DNA of 64,000 nt from an uncultured delta proteobacterium (GTDB lineage: Bacteria > Myxococcota > Kuafuiibacteriia > Kuafuiibacteriales > Kuafuiibacteriaceae), in assembly GCA_963803435.1 (NCBI GenBank), contig CAWDML010000002.1, positions 96,001 to 160,000 of the forward strand, written 5' to 3'. Shown here piece after piece: positions 20,609 to 30,910 of the stretch (position 1 is the first letter of the stretch; each line of letters starts with the position of its first letter). A model generated the notes under the pieces. The model ran no database searches. It was given only the letters and a program-made list of their open reading frames with translations, and was not told the origin of the DNA. The position numbers and the translations under genes are program-made.

Positions 20609-22185
20609 TGTTCGCGGACCGCGCCGCCGACACCTTCCTCGACGAGCTCGACCGGCCGGAGGAGGTCCAGAACCGTTATCTCCTCGATCGCGTCATCAGA
20701 CCGAACGAAGAGAGCGAGTTCGGGCGCCGCCACCGCTTCGCGCGCATCCGCACCATCGCGGACTACCGGCGCGCCGTCCCGATCCGCGACTACGAGAGTT
20801 TTCGCGCCGACGTCGATCGGCTGGTCGCCGGCGAGCAGGGCGTGCTCACCGCCGATCCCGTGAAGCGCTTCTTCCTGACCTCCGGTTCGACCTCGAAGCC
20901 CAAGCACGTCCCGGTGACCCAGGCGCTGATCCGGGACAAGTCGAGGGCCTTCGGCATCTACTGGAGCCTGGTCTTCCGCGATCACCCCCGCGTCAAGAGC
21001 GGTCGCCTGGTCACCAACTTCTCCGACTCGGGCCGCCCCACCCGCAGCGAGGGCGGCCTCCCCGCCGGGTCGGAGAGCGCGTTCTGGGCCGAGGCGACCC
21101 GCGCGACGCAGCGGCAGGAGCCCCTGATCCCGAAGGAGGTGGCGCGGATCGCGGATCCCGACGAGCGGTACCTCGCGATAGCGCGCGCGCTGATCGGCGA
21201 GCAGTTCGCCGGGATCATGGCGCTGAACCCGAGCACGATCCTGGCGCTGTTCACGCGGCTGGACGCGCGCGCCCCCGAGCTGATCGCAGAGCTCGCGCGG
21301 ACCGATCCCGCCCGCGCCGAGGTGATCGAGAGGATCTTCCGCGGCGGGCTCCCCGTGGAGAAGAACCGCGTGTGGCCGGACCTCGAGCTCGTCATCTCCT
21401 GGCGCAGCCCCATGCTGGCGCCCTACCTGGCCCTGCTCGAGCAGCACTTGCCGGGTGTGCCGGGCCGCGACTACCTGATGATGGCCTCGGAGGGCGTGAT
21501 GGCCGTACCGCTCCACGATCGGGAGAGCGGAGGCGCCGTCGCAGTCGGCGTTCACTTCTACGAGTTCATCCCGGCCGAGCAGCACGAGCGCGCCTCGCCC
21601 GACGTGCTCCTGCCGCACGAGCTCGAGGTGGGCCGGGAGTACGTGGTGGTGCTGACCAACCCGGCCGGCCTCTATCGTTACGACATCGGCGATGTGGTGC
21701 GCGTGGTGCGCTTCGCCGGTGCGACACCCGTGATCGAGTTTCTTCACCGCGCCGGCCGGACCTGCTCGTTCACCGGAGAGAAGCTCACCGAGGCGCAGGT
21801 GACCGCGGCGGCCGCCGAAGCCGCGCTGGCCGTCGAGGTCTCGCTGACCGGCTTCACGTTGATCCCCGCGCTCGACGGCGGCCTACCGCACTATCGGTTG
21901 CTGGTGGAGGTGGACGACGGCGTCGATCGCATCGGTCTCGAGCGGCTCCTCGAGTCCTTCGAGGCTCGGCTCGGCGAGCACAACTCGGAGTATGCGGCCA
22001 AGCGCCGCTCCCTCCGGCTGGGCGCGCCAGAGCTGTGGCGCGTGGAGTCGGGCGACTACGAGCGATACCGGCGGGGCCGGGTAGAGGCTGGAGCCAGCGA
22101 GGATCAAATCAAGGACACTCATCTCACGCGGGAGGCCGCCTTCGCGGAGGCCTTCCGGGTCGTGGAGCGAATCGGTGCGGATTGA
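20608..22185 (+). CDS. GH3-family acyl-adenylate/amido synthetase
   Basis: SEFGRRH, VPIRDYE, LTSGSTSKPKHVP, MASEG, FYEFIP, GLYRYDIGDVV, GEKLTE. Confidence 0.9.
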   Translation: MFADRAADTFLDELDRPEEVQNRYLLDRVIRPNEESEFGRRHRFARIRTIADYRRAVPIRDYESFRADVDRLVAGEQGVLTADPVKRFFLTSGSTSKPKHVPVTQALIRDKSRAFGIYWSLVFRDHPRVKSGRLVTNFSDSGRPTRSEGGLPAGSESAFWAEATRATQRQEPLIPKEVARIADPDERYLAIARALIGEQFAGIMALNPSTILALFTRLDARAPELIAELARTDPARAEVIERIFRGGLPVEKNRVWPDLELVISWRSPMLAPYLALLEQHLPGVPGRDYLMMASEGVMAVPLHDRESGGAVAVGVHFYEFIPAEQHERASPDVLLPHELEVGREYVVVLTNPAGLYRYDIGDVVRVVRFAGATPVIEFLHRAGRTCSFTGEKLTEAQVTAAAAEAALAVEVSLTGFTLIPALDGGLPHYRLLVEVDDGVDRIGLERLLESFEARLGEHNSEYAAKRRSLRLGAPELWRVESGDYERYRRGRVEAGASEDQIKDTHLTREAAFAEAFRVVERIGAD

Positions 22186-23254
22186 GGAGATCGGCTGGCG
22201 TCACCTGCGGATCCCGCTCAAGACGGCCTTCGCACACGCGCGTCGCGAGCGGGCGGTGAGCGAGGCGATCGTCGTCTGGGTCGAGACCGATCTCGGGATC
22301 ACCGGCTGGGGCGAGATCCAGCCGCGGGCGTACGTGACCGGCGAGACCATCGAGCGGGTGCTCCAGGAGACGTGCCCGGCGATGCGGGGGCGGTGGCTGG
22401 GCGCGTCGTTCGAGACCAACGAGGAGGCGGTCTCCTTCGCACGCGCGGATCTCGACGCGGTCGGGCGGAACCTGGCCACGTTCTGCGGCTTCGAGCTGGC
22501 GCTCCTGGACGCCGCCGGACAGTGCTTCGAGATCTCTTGCGGCGATCAGCTCGGTCCGGCGCGAGCGACACCGCTTCCGGCGGGAGTGGTGATCGGCTTC
22601 GAGGTGGAGACCGAGGCGCTCGAGAAGCACGCCACCTTGTTGAGGTTCAAGAAGCGGACGCACGTGAAGGTGAAGGTGGGTCGCGACGATGACCTGGAGC
22701 GGCTCGTGATCGTGCAGCGCGTGCTGGGCGAGCTGCGCCTGCGGCTGGACGCAAACATGGCCTGGAGCGCCGAGGAGGCGATCGCGAAGCTCGCGGCCTT
22801 CCAGCGCGAGGGGGTCCGCATCGCTTCGATCGAGCAGCCGGTGCCGGCCGGCGACCTGGCGGGGATGGCGCGGGTCCGGGCCGAGAGCGGAGTGCCGGTG
22901 ATGGCCGACGAGTCGCTGTGCACGATCGAGGACGCCGAGCGGCTGATCGACGCGGGCGCGGCGGACATCTTCAACATCCGTCTGGGCAAGAACGGCGGGT
23001 TCGTCGGATCGCTCCGCCTGGTCTCCCAGGCGAAATCTCACGGGCTCGGGCTCCACCTGGGCACGATGGTCGGGGAGACTGGGATCCTGTCGGCGGCCTC
23101 CGAGCTCTTCGGCGAGCGGATCGACGCCTTCGAGTGTCTCGAGGGCAAGGGGCAGAACGAGTGGCTGCTGGCGTCGGACGTGCTGGTGGAGGGCGAGCGC
23201 CGTCGGCACGGCCTCGGCATCGCCGTGTCGCGCTCCAGCGTGCTCGCGCTGTAG
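22175..23254 (+). CDS. Enolase superfamily (MLE/dipeptide epimerase-like) enzyme
   Basis: GWGE, VKVKVG, LDAN, IEQP, ADES, NIRLGKNGG. Confidence 0.87.
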   Translation: MRIEEIGWRHLRIPLKTAFAHARRERAVSEAIVVWVETDLGITGWGEIQPRAYVTGETIERVLQETCPAMRGRWLGASFETNEEAVSFARADLDAVGRNLATFCGFELALLDAAGQCFEISCGDQLGPARATPLPAGVVIGFEVETEALEKHATLLRFKKRTHVKVKVGRDDDLERLVIVQRVLGELRLRLDANMAWSAEEAIAKLAAFQREGVRIASIEQPVPAGDLAGMARVRAESGVPVMADESLCTIEDAERLIDAGAADIFNIRLGKNGGFVGSLRLVSQAKSHGLGLHLGTMVGETGILSAASELFGERIDAFECLEGKGQNEWLLASDVLVEGERRRHGLGIAVSRSSVLAL

Positions 23255-23257
23255 CGG

Positions 23258-23878
23258 TCAGCGCGTCCGCTTTTCGCGGGGACCGCTCCACTTTTCGAAG
23301 AGGTCGACCTCGATCCCCACCAGCGAGAGCGCCCGCTGGGCGATGAAGTCACCCAGATCGTCGAAGGTCTCGGGCTGCTGGTAGAAGGCCGGGCTGGCGG
23401 GGAGGATCCTCGCGCCGGCCTCGGCCGCCGCCGTCATGTTGCGGAGGTGGATCAGGCTGTAGGGCGCCTCGCGGAAGACGAGCACCAGCGGGCGGTGCTC
23501 CTTGAGGGTCACGTCGGCGGCTCGCTCGATCAGGTTGGCGGCGTACCCGTGTGCGATCGCGGCGAGCGTCTTCGCGGTGCACGGCACCACGATCATTCCG
23601 TCCGCGGCCGCAGAGCCGCTGGCGATCGAGGCGGTCTGATCCCCGACCCTGTGCATCCGGAGTTGCTCGGGCTCCACCTCGTCGGCGAGCTCGGCGTAGA
23701 GCCATTCGCGGATGGTTCCCGCGAAGTTTCCGAAGGCCGTCTCCTCCTCCAGCGTCAGGCGGGCGTGCTTCGAGACGATCAGCTCGACCCGATGGCCGCC
23801 GAGGAGGAGCGCACGGATGGTGCGCACGAAGTAGAGGGCGCCGCTCGCACCCGTGGTGGCGACGATGATCCGAGCGAT
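23258..23878 (-). CDS. ubiX: Flavin prenyltransferase UbiX (apparent ATC start)
   Basis: IIVATTGASG, IASGS, VVPCT, LIERAADVTLKEHRPL, REAP, PAFYQQP. Confidence 0.88.
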   Translation of the reverse strand: MARIIVATTGASGALYFVRTIRALLLGGHRVELIVSKHARLTLEEETAFGNFAGTIREWLYAELADEVEPEQLRMHRVGDQTASIASGSAAADGMIVVPCTAKTLAAIAHGYAANLIERAADVTLKEHRPLVLVFREAPYSLIHLRNMTAAAEAGARILPASPAFYQQPETFDDLGDFIAQRALSLVGIEVDLFEKWSGPREKRTR

Positions 23879-23931
23879 GACGCCTCTTAGGCCGGTTTCA
23901 CGGGCGCGCGCAACGCTATACTCTTTTCGCC

Positions 23932-25238
23932 ATGGTGTGCTGCCACCCGTACCTGCCCGTCGAGGGGCAGGAGAGCGTGTTTTCGGTGGATCCGACGGCG
24001 ATCACCTTCGGCCGCGACGCCCTGTCCGAGGCCGGTGACTGGTGCCTCGCGCTGGGCGTCCGGCGCGCGGCACTCATCACCGACGCGCGCGTGGCGAAGC
24101 TCGAGCACGCCGCGGTGGTCGAGGCCTCGCTGCGCCGCGCCGGTGTCGACTTTGCGCGCTACGACGAGGTGAGGATCGAGCCTACCGATCGTTCCTTCGA
24201 GGAGGCGGCGGCCTTCGCGCGGGAAGGTGCGTTCGACGGCTTCGTGTCGGTCGGCGGCGGCTCGGTGATCGACACCGCGAAGGCGGCGAACCTCTATGCA
24301 ACCCACCCTGCGTCGTTCCTCACCTACGTGAACGCACCCGTTGGGGAGGCACGCCCGGTGCCGGGGCCGCTCAAGCCGCACCTCGCCTGTCCCACCACCT
24401 CCGGCACCGGCAGCGAGTGCACCGGGATCGCGGTCTTCGATCTGCTCGCGCTCCACGCCAAGACTGGCATCGCGCACCGCCATCTCAAGCCGACGCGGGC
24501 GCTGATCGATCCGAACGCCACCGACACCCTTCCCGCCGAGGTGGTCGCCGCCAGCGGCTTCGACGTGCTCTCGCATGCGCTGGAGTCGTTCACCGCCCGT
24601 CCGTTCACTGCACGCCCGCGAGCGCCGGCGGCGCCGGCCCGACCGATGAGCCAGGGCGCCAACCCGTGGAGCGACCTGGGTTGCCGCGAGGCGCTGCGCC
24701 TGTGCGGCGCCTACCTGGTGCGCGCCGTGTCCGACGCGAGCGATCGCGAGGCGCGAGAGACATGATGTGGGCCGCGTCGCTGGCCGGGATCGCCTTCGGC
24801 AACGCCGGGGTGCACGCGCCGCACGGGATGGCGTACTCGGTCGCGGGGCTGGTGGAGCGTTACCGGAGCCCCGGCTATCCGGACGAGGAGCCGATGGTGC
24901 CCCACGGGATCTCGGTGATCGTGAATGCGCCCTCGGTGTTCCGCTGCACGGCCTCCACGTCGCCCGAGCGGCACCTCGAAGGTGCGCGCCTCCTCGGCGC
25001 CGGGATCCTGCAGGCGGCGGCCGCCGACGCGGGCAGCATCCTCGCGGAGCAGCTGACCGCGATGATGCGGGCCTGCCGGATCCCCAACGGCCTGCAGGCG
25101 CTGGGCTACGGAGAGTCGCACCTGGGCGCGCTGGTGGACGGCGCGATCGTCCAGAAGCGGCTCCTCGACAACGCGCCGCTCCCGATGACCCGCGACGTGC
25201 TGAGCGACCTCTATCGAGGCGCGCTCACGCTCTGGTGA
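23932..25238 (+). CDS. Hydroxyacid-oxoacid transhydrogenase (Fe-ADH family); -1 frameshift near 24760
   Basis: [54 protein letters not shown]. Confidence 0.85.
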
Positions 25239-25242
25239 CGCC

Positions 25243-25665
25243 ATGCCGACCCGCGCGGAGTACCCGGCGTCTCTCGAGATCACGACCCGATGGTCGGACA
25301 ACGACGTGTACGGTCATGTGAACAACGTGGTGTACTACGCCTTCTTCGATACGGCGGTGAACCAGTACCTAATCGAGCGGGGCGTGCTCGACCTGCGCGG
25401 TGGCGCGGTGATCGGGCTCGTGGTCGAGACCTCGTGCAGGTACGAGAAGCCGATCGCGTTTCCCGACGTGATCCACGCCGGGATCCGGGTGACCAAGATC
25501 GGGACCTCGAGCGTGCGTTACGAGGTTGGGATCTTCGCCAACGACGACGAGACCTCGGCCGCGCACGGCTATTTCGTCCACGTGTACGTCGATCGAGACA
25601 CCCGGCGCCCGTCACCCCTCCCCGAGGGCCTTCGCCGCGTGCTCCAGCTTAATCTCTTGGTCTGA
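25243..25665 (+). CDS. Acyl-CoA thioesterase (4HBT/YbgC family)
   Basis: [18 protein letters not shown]; hotdog-fold motifs. Confidence 0.9.
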   Translation: MPTRAEYPASLEITTRWSDNDVYGHVNNVVYYAFFDTAVNQYLIERGVLDLRGGAVIGLVVETSCRYEKPIAFPDVIHAGIRVTKIGTSSVRYEVGIFANDDETSAAHGYFVHVYVDRDTRRPSPLPEGLRRVLQLNLLV

Positions 25666-25684
25666 TGTCCGATGACCCTGATGG

Positions 25685-26242
25685 GTGTCGACCGAAATCG
25701 CTCAGGACCGGCTGGTGCATCTCATGGAGCGATACGTGCTCCGGTGTACGCCGGAGCTCTTCGGCGACTACGACATCGGCGTCAGCGTCGTCGAGGAACG
25801 CGCGGGCTCGGTCGGTGACGGGACCAGCCTGGCCGGCGTCGTCGGGTTCGTGGGGGACCTGTGCGGGACGCTGCTTCTGTGCGCGAGCCCCGAGCTGGCT
25901 GCGGCGTCGCATCCGCTGCGGGCGCGTGCTGCGGCGGTCACCGAGCGGATGCAGTTCGACTGGGTCGGTGAGCTCGCGAACCAGCTGATGGGCCGCGTCA
26001 AGCTCCGGCTTGCGGATCACGGCATCAATCTTCGCGTGAGCGCGCCAATCTCGATCTCGGCCGAACGGCTCGTGCATCTGGGCGCCGCCGGCGAGACCTG
26101 TCGCGCTCGGTTTCGAAGGGGCTCGAGCGAGATGAAGGTCTGGGTCGATGCCGACCTCCGGGGCTCGCTCTTGTGGTCGGAGGCCTTCTATCGCGATCGG
26201 GAACCAGAGCCGGCAGTCGAGGGGACCGTGACCTTTCTGTGA
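25685..26242 (+). CDS. CheX-like phosphatase
   Basis: GVVGFVGDLCG, WVGELANQLMG (ExxN), SAP. Confidence 0.75.
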   Translation: MSTEIAQDRLVHLMERYVLRCTPELFGDYDIGVSVVEERAGSVGDGTSLAGVVGFVGDLCGTLLLCASPELAAASHPLRARAAAVTERMQFDWVGELANQLMGRVKLRLADHGINLRVSAPISISAERLVHLGAAGETCRARFRRGSSEMKVWVDADLRGSLLWSEAFYRDREPEPAVEGTVTFL

Positions 26243-26267
26243 GCGCCGAGGAGGAGAGGACTCGAGA

Positions 26268-26636
26268 ATGAGCAAGAAGGTACTGGTCGTTGATGACTCG
26301 CTGACCGTGCGCGAGCACGTCTCCGCAGCCCTCGCGAGCAGCGGATTCGAGGTGATCGGCGCTCAGGACGGCATCGACGGGCTCGAGAAGCTGAGCGCCT
26401 GTGAGGACGTGGTCCTGGTGTTCTGCGACGTCAACATGCCCCGCATGAACGGCCTCGAGATGATCGAGGAGGTGAAGCGGATGGAGAAATACGCCGACCT
26501 CCCGATCGTCATGCTGACCACCGAGGGGCGGGCCGATCTGGTGCGAAGGGCCAAGGAGGCCGGCGCGAGGGCCTGGATCGTGAAGCCGTTCAAGCCGGGC
26601 CACCTGGTCGCGGTGATGAAGAAACTGGCGAGCTGA
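26268..26636 (+). CDS. CheY-like single-domain response regulator
   Basis: VVDDS, CDVNMPRMNG, MLTTE, WIVKPF. Confidence 0.93.
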   Translation: MSKKVLVVDDSLTVREHVSAALASSGFEVIGAQDGIDGLEKLSACEDVVLVFCDVNMPRMNGLEMIEEVKRMEKYADLPIVMLTTEGRADLVRRAKEAGARAWIVKPFKPGHLVAVMKKLAS

Positions 26637-26639
26637 GCG

Positions 26640-28781
26640 ATGGTAGCCGCCGTCAAGACGAAGCCCGACGAGATCGTCCTCCTCGGGATCGGTCGACCCC
26701 CGAGCGAGCTGACGCAGTCGATCCGCGAGGCCGGTCTGGGCCTGATCGTCGCCGTCGAGCTCGCGGATCTCGAGCGCAACCTGGAGTCGATGGGCTGGAG
26801 TCTGGCGGTGCTGGACGCTAGCCTGTTCCCCTGCGGCGTCGCGCACGTGGTGGAGCGCCTCCGGCAAGCCAAGGTCGGTCGCAACACGCCCATCATCCTC
26901 CTCACCGAGGAAGCGGAGCTCCTGGAGGAGGACCCCGCCCCGCGACGGATCGAGCTCGTCGCCAAGCCCATGCACGAGCGCCTGCTGGTCCACCGGATCA
27001 AGAGCGCGCTCGAGGTGAAGCGGATGGAGGAGGCCCGGCTTCGCACCGACAACCGGCTCGCCCGCGCGCGCCGCATGGCCGGGTTCGCCAGCTGGGAGTG
27101 GAGCCTCGAGACCAACGAGTTCACCAGCGATCCCGAGCTGCTCGAGATCTTCGGCTGTCGACGCTACGCCGGGTCCGAGCAGGTCGCCGCACTCATGGAG
27201 AAGGTCCACCCCGGCGATCGCGGCCGCGCGCAGGCGGCCTGGGAGAGCCGGCGTCCCCACCAGCTCGAGTACCGACTGATCGGCGACGGGTCCAGCAAGC
27301 CGCGCGTGGTCCAGCAGGAAGCCGAGCTGGCGCAGGACGAGCCGAACGGAGAGGTCAGGCTGGTCGGGACGGTCCAGGAGATCACGCAGCTCCGTGAGGC
27401 GCAGAAGAAGGTCGCACGCCTCGCCTACTTCGACAGCCTCACCGGCCTCCCAAACCGCGCGTTTCTCTCGGAGCACTTGCTCCGCGTCATCGCCGAGGCC
27501 CGGCGCGGAAAGGATCGCATCGCGGTCATGGGGGTCGACCTCAATCTCTTCAAGCGCGTGAACGATACCCTCGGCCATGCGGCGGGAGATCTCCTGCTTC
27601 GCGAGGTCGCGAAGCGCATCAGCAGCGCCATTCGACACGGGGACGCGGTGGTGGCCAGCGGACACGGCACGATCGACGTCTTCTCCTCGGAGAGCACCGA
27701 CGGCTCGAACCGAGAGAACACGGTGGTCCGGATGGGAGGCGACGAGTTCATCGTCATCCTCAACAACCTCGAGTCGGGTGAGGAGGCCGCCACCGTCGCG
27801 CGGCGCATCTCGGCCCGGCTGGCGGAAGGCGTGTGGATCGACGCGGTCGAGGTCTTCATCGGCTGCAGCATCGGGATCGCAATCTATCCCGAGAACGGCG
27901 AGTCACCGGAGCAGCTGCTCAAGCACGCCGACGCGGCGATGTACGAGGCGAAGGACAAGGGGCGCAACAACTTCCAGTTCTTCACCGACTCCATCAACGA
28001 ACGGGCGCTGCGGCGCATGCGCCTCGAGAACGGGCTGCGGGGTGCCCTCTCGCGGGACGAGCTGCAGCTTCACTATCAGCCCAAGGTCGACATGCGGACG
28101 GGCGAGACCGTAGGGGCCGAAGCGCTGCTCCGCTGGGCCTCGCCCGACGGGATGATCTCACCCGGCGAGTTCATCCCCGTCGCCGAAGAGACCGGCATGA
28201 TCGTGCCGATCGGTGAGTGGGTGATCCGCACCGCCTGCCGTCAGATCAAGGCCTGGGTCGACGAGGGACACCCGCGTCCGGTGGCCGTCAACGTCTCTTC
28301 ACGCCAGTTCAGGGAGGTCGACTTCATCGACGTCGTGTCCTCGATCCTCGACGAGACGTCCATCCCGCGCCACCTGCTCGAGATCGAGATCACCGAGAGT
28401 CTGATCATGCAGGCGATGAGCCAGGGCAGCGTCGTGGTCCAACGGCTCAAGGACCTCGGGGTGAGCATCGCGCTCGACGACTTCGGCACCGGGTACTCGT
28501 CGCTCAGCTATCTCAGCCGGCTCCCGATCGACACGCTCAAGATCGATCTCTCGTTCGTGAAGAATCTCGAAGAGAGCGATACCTGCCGTGCCATCACCTC
28601 GGCGATCATCGCGCTGGCCCAAACGCTCGGGCTCGACCTGGTCGCCGAAGGGGTGGAGACGACGTACCAGATCGACTTCCTGCTCGGACAGGGCTGCCAG
28701 GTCTGCCAAGGTTTCAAGTTCAGCGCGGCGGTGCCCCCCGCCCAGGTGGCGACGGAATATCCGGTGGGAGGAGCGAAATAA
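26640..28781 (+). CDS. REC-like/PAS-GGDEF-EAL c-di-GMP enzyme
   Basis: [43 protein letters not shown]. Confidence 0.92.
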   Translation: MVAAVKTKPDEIVLLGIGRPPSELTQSIREAGLGLIVAVELADLERNLESMGWSLAVLDASLFPCGVAHVVERLRQAKVGRNTPIILLTEEAELLEEDPAPRRIELVAKPMHERLLVHRIKSALEVKRMEEARLRTDNRLARARRMAGFASWEWSLETNEFTSDPELLEIFGCRRYAGSEQVAALMEKVHPGDRGRAQAAWESRRPHQLEYRLIGDGSSKPRVVQQEAELAQDEPNGEVRLVGTVQEITQLREAQKKVARLAYFDSLTGLPNRAFLSEHLLRVIAEARRGKDRIAVMGVDLNLFKRVNDTLGHAAGDLLLREVAKRISSAIRHGDAVVASGHGTIDVFSSESTDGSNRENTVVRMGGDEFIVILNNLESGEEAATVARRISARLAEGVWIDAVEVFIGCSIGIAIYPENGESPEQLLKHADAAMYEAKDKGRNNFQFFTDSINERALRRMRLENGLRGALSRDELQLHYQPKVDMRTGETVGAEALLRWASPDGMISPGEFIPVAEETGMIVPIGEWVIRTACRQIKAWVDEGHPRPVAVNVSSRQFREVDFIDVVSSILDETSIPRHLLEIEITESLIMQAMSQGSVVVQRLKDLGVSIALDDFGTGYSSLSYLSRLPIDTLKIDLSFVKNLEESDTCRAITSAIIALAQTLGLDLVAEGVETTYQIDFLLGQGCQVCQGFKFSAAVPPAQVATEYPVGGAK

Positions 28782-30910
28782 TGCCGCTCCGGCGTCGCTT
28801 CGTGTCCGTCGGCTGGAAGCTGGCCGGCTCGACGGTCGCGGTCGTCGCGGTGCTGGCGGTCGCCACCCACGTGGTGGTCAGCAACAAGGAGCGGCAGAGC
28901 CTGATGACCTCGAAGCAGGCGGGCGCAGACATGCTCATCGAGCTGTCGGCCGCCGGGCTGTCAGCGCCCCTGGCGTTCGGCGACGACCAAGGCGTGCAGG
29001 AGCAGGTCAACCTGCTCGCGGCCAACGAGGACGTCGTCTATGCCGCCGCCTGGTCGGTGTCGATGGAGGCGCCCGACCGGATCGGCGCTCGACTCGGAGA
29101 GCTCCGGCGCGACGCCATCACGATCGAGGCACCCGACCACATCCCTCGGAGCATCGAGCGGCGCCAGGGCGATCTCTCGATCGAGCGCGCGCCGGTCCTC
29201 GATCCGAGCAGGAAGACGGTCGGCGTGGTCGCCATCGGCTTCTCGCTCGAGAAGGAGCGCGCTGCGCTCGCCACCCGGCAACGCTGGAGTCTCTTGCTCT
29301 CCGCCGCGGCCGCCACCCTGCTAGCGAGCCTGCTCTTGCTGATCGCCCGCCGCTCGATCGTGAAGCCGCTGCGCGCCTTGATGGACGCCGCCCGGCGACT
29401 CGAACGGGGAGAGAGCGCGGTGATCGAGGTCGCTGCCAACGACGAGATCGGGCGTCTGACCACGGCGCTCAAGTCGATGTCCGAGGCCATCCGGGAGCGC
29501 GAGCAGAGCCTCAACGACCGCAATCGGGACATGCGCCTCATCCTCGACAACGCTGGCGAGGGGTTCCTGACGGTGCTGGCAGACGGGACGCTCTCAGAGG
29601 AGCGCTCCCGGATGCTCGAGGAGTGGTTCCCGCTGGCGCCGGGTGCCTCCGCGGCAGGGAACGCGTTCGACTACCTCGAGGCGATCGCCGGCAAGGAGAC
29701 CGCCGAGTGGGTACGCCTCGGCTGGGAATCGCTCTCCGAGGGCTTCCTCCCCATCGAGGTGACGATCGAGCAGCTCCCCAAGAAGTTCGAGAACCGCGGC
29801 CGCTTCTTCGCAGTCGAGTATCGGCCCATCACCGACAGCCGCGACCCTGACCGGCTGGAGGCGGTCCTGATCGTGGTTCGCGACACCACCGCAGAGGTGG
29901 AGCGGCGTCGCTCCGAAGAGATGCAGAAGGAGGCGCTCGCGCTGTTCCAGCACTTCCTCAAGGACCGCACCGGCTTCGGAGAGTTCTTCAAGGAGTGCCG
30001 CGCCCTGGTGGAGTCGATCCGTCCGCGCGAGAGCGATCAGCGGGTCGTGTTCCGCAACATCCACACGCTGAAGGGCAACGCCGGCCTGCTCGGCCTCGAG
30101 AGCGTCTCCCGCTTCTGTCACGAGCTCGAGTCGCGGCTGAGCGACGAGGAGGGCGGGCCCACCACGACGGACATCGCGACGCTCGAGTCGCTCTGGCGGC
30201 GGATCGAGGAGACCGTGGGTCGATTGGGCGCGGACGCAGGACCGCGCTACGCGATCGAGCCGGAGGAGCACCGCGCGCTGCTCGACGCGATCCGCGCCGG
30301 CGCGCCGGCGAGCCAGCTCGAGGCGATGGTGGTGGCGCTCGCGTACGAGCCTGCGTCCCGGCGTCTGGCGCAGATCGGCGAGCAGGTGAGGGCGCTCGGA
30401 GAGCGGGTCGGCAAGCCCGAGATCCAGGTGATCGTGAAGCCGACGCCGCTCCGGCTGCCCCCGCGCCGCTGGGCCACGTTCTGGCCGGTGCTGGCCCACA
30501 TCCTCCGCAACGCGGTCGATCACGGCCTCGAGACCCCTGACGAGCGCGCCCGCCTGGGCAAGACGGGCAACGGGAATATCACGCTCGCCCTCGAGGCGGT
30601 CGGGCCGGACATCGTGTTCAGCTTCGGGGACGACGGTCGCGGCATCGCCTGGGACACGCTCACGGCGAAGGCGGCCCTCCTCGGGATGGACACGGCGTCG
30701 CAGGAGGCGCTCGAGGAGATCCTGTTCTCGGGCTCGGTGTCGTCCAGGGACGAGGTGACGGAGCTGTCGGGCCGCGGCGTCGGGATGTCGGCGGTCCGGG
30801 ATGCGGTCGAGTCGCTGGGTGGCCGGATCTCGATCGCCAGCGCGGCAGGAGAAGGCACCACCCTGAGGTTCTCGTTTCCGGTCACGATGCTGAAGGAGGA
30901 CGCCGCGTGA
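28781..30910 (+). CDS. Membrane HAMP-PAS-Hpt-HATPase CheA-like kinase
   Basis: Two TMs, HAMP (DEIGRL), IHTLKG Hpt, RNAVDHG, DDGRGI, SGRGVGM; no CheW domain. Confidence 0.85.
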   Translation: MPLRRRFVSVGWKLAGSTVAVVAVLAVATHVVVSNKERQSLMTSKQAGADMLIELSAAGLSAPLAFGDDQGVQEQVNLLAANEDVVYAAAWSVSMEAPDRIGARLGELRRDAITIEAPDHIPRSIERRQGDLSIERAPVLDPSRKTVGVVAIGFSLEKERAALATRQRWSLLLSAAAATLLASLLLLIARRSIVKPLRALMDAARRLERGESAVIEVAANDEIGRLTTALKSMSEAIREREQSLNDRNRDMRLILDNAGEGFLTVLADGTLSEERSRMLEEWFPLAPGASAAGNAFDYLEAIAGKETAEWVRLGWESLSEGFLPIEVTIEQLPKKFENRGRFFAVEYRPITDSRDPDRLEAVLIVVRDTTAEVERRRSEEMQKEALALFQHFLKDRTGFGEFFKECRALVESIRPRESDQRVVFRNIHTLKGNAGLLGLESVSRFCHELESRLSDEEGGPTTTDIATLESLWRRIEETVGRLGADAGPRYAIEPEEHRALLDAIRAGAPASQLEAMVVALAYEPASRRLAQIGEQVRALGERVGKPEIQVIVKPTPLRLPPRRWATFWPVLAHILRNAVDHGLETPDERARLGKTGNGNITLALEAVGPDIVFSFGDDGRGIAWDTLTAKAALLGMDTASQEALEEILFSGSVSSRDEVTELSGRGVGMSAVRDAVESLGGRISIASAAGEGTTLRFSFPVTMLKEDAA

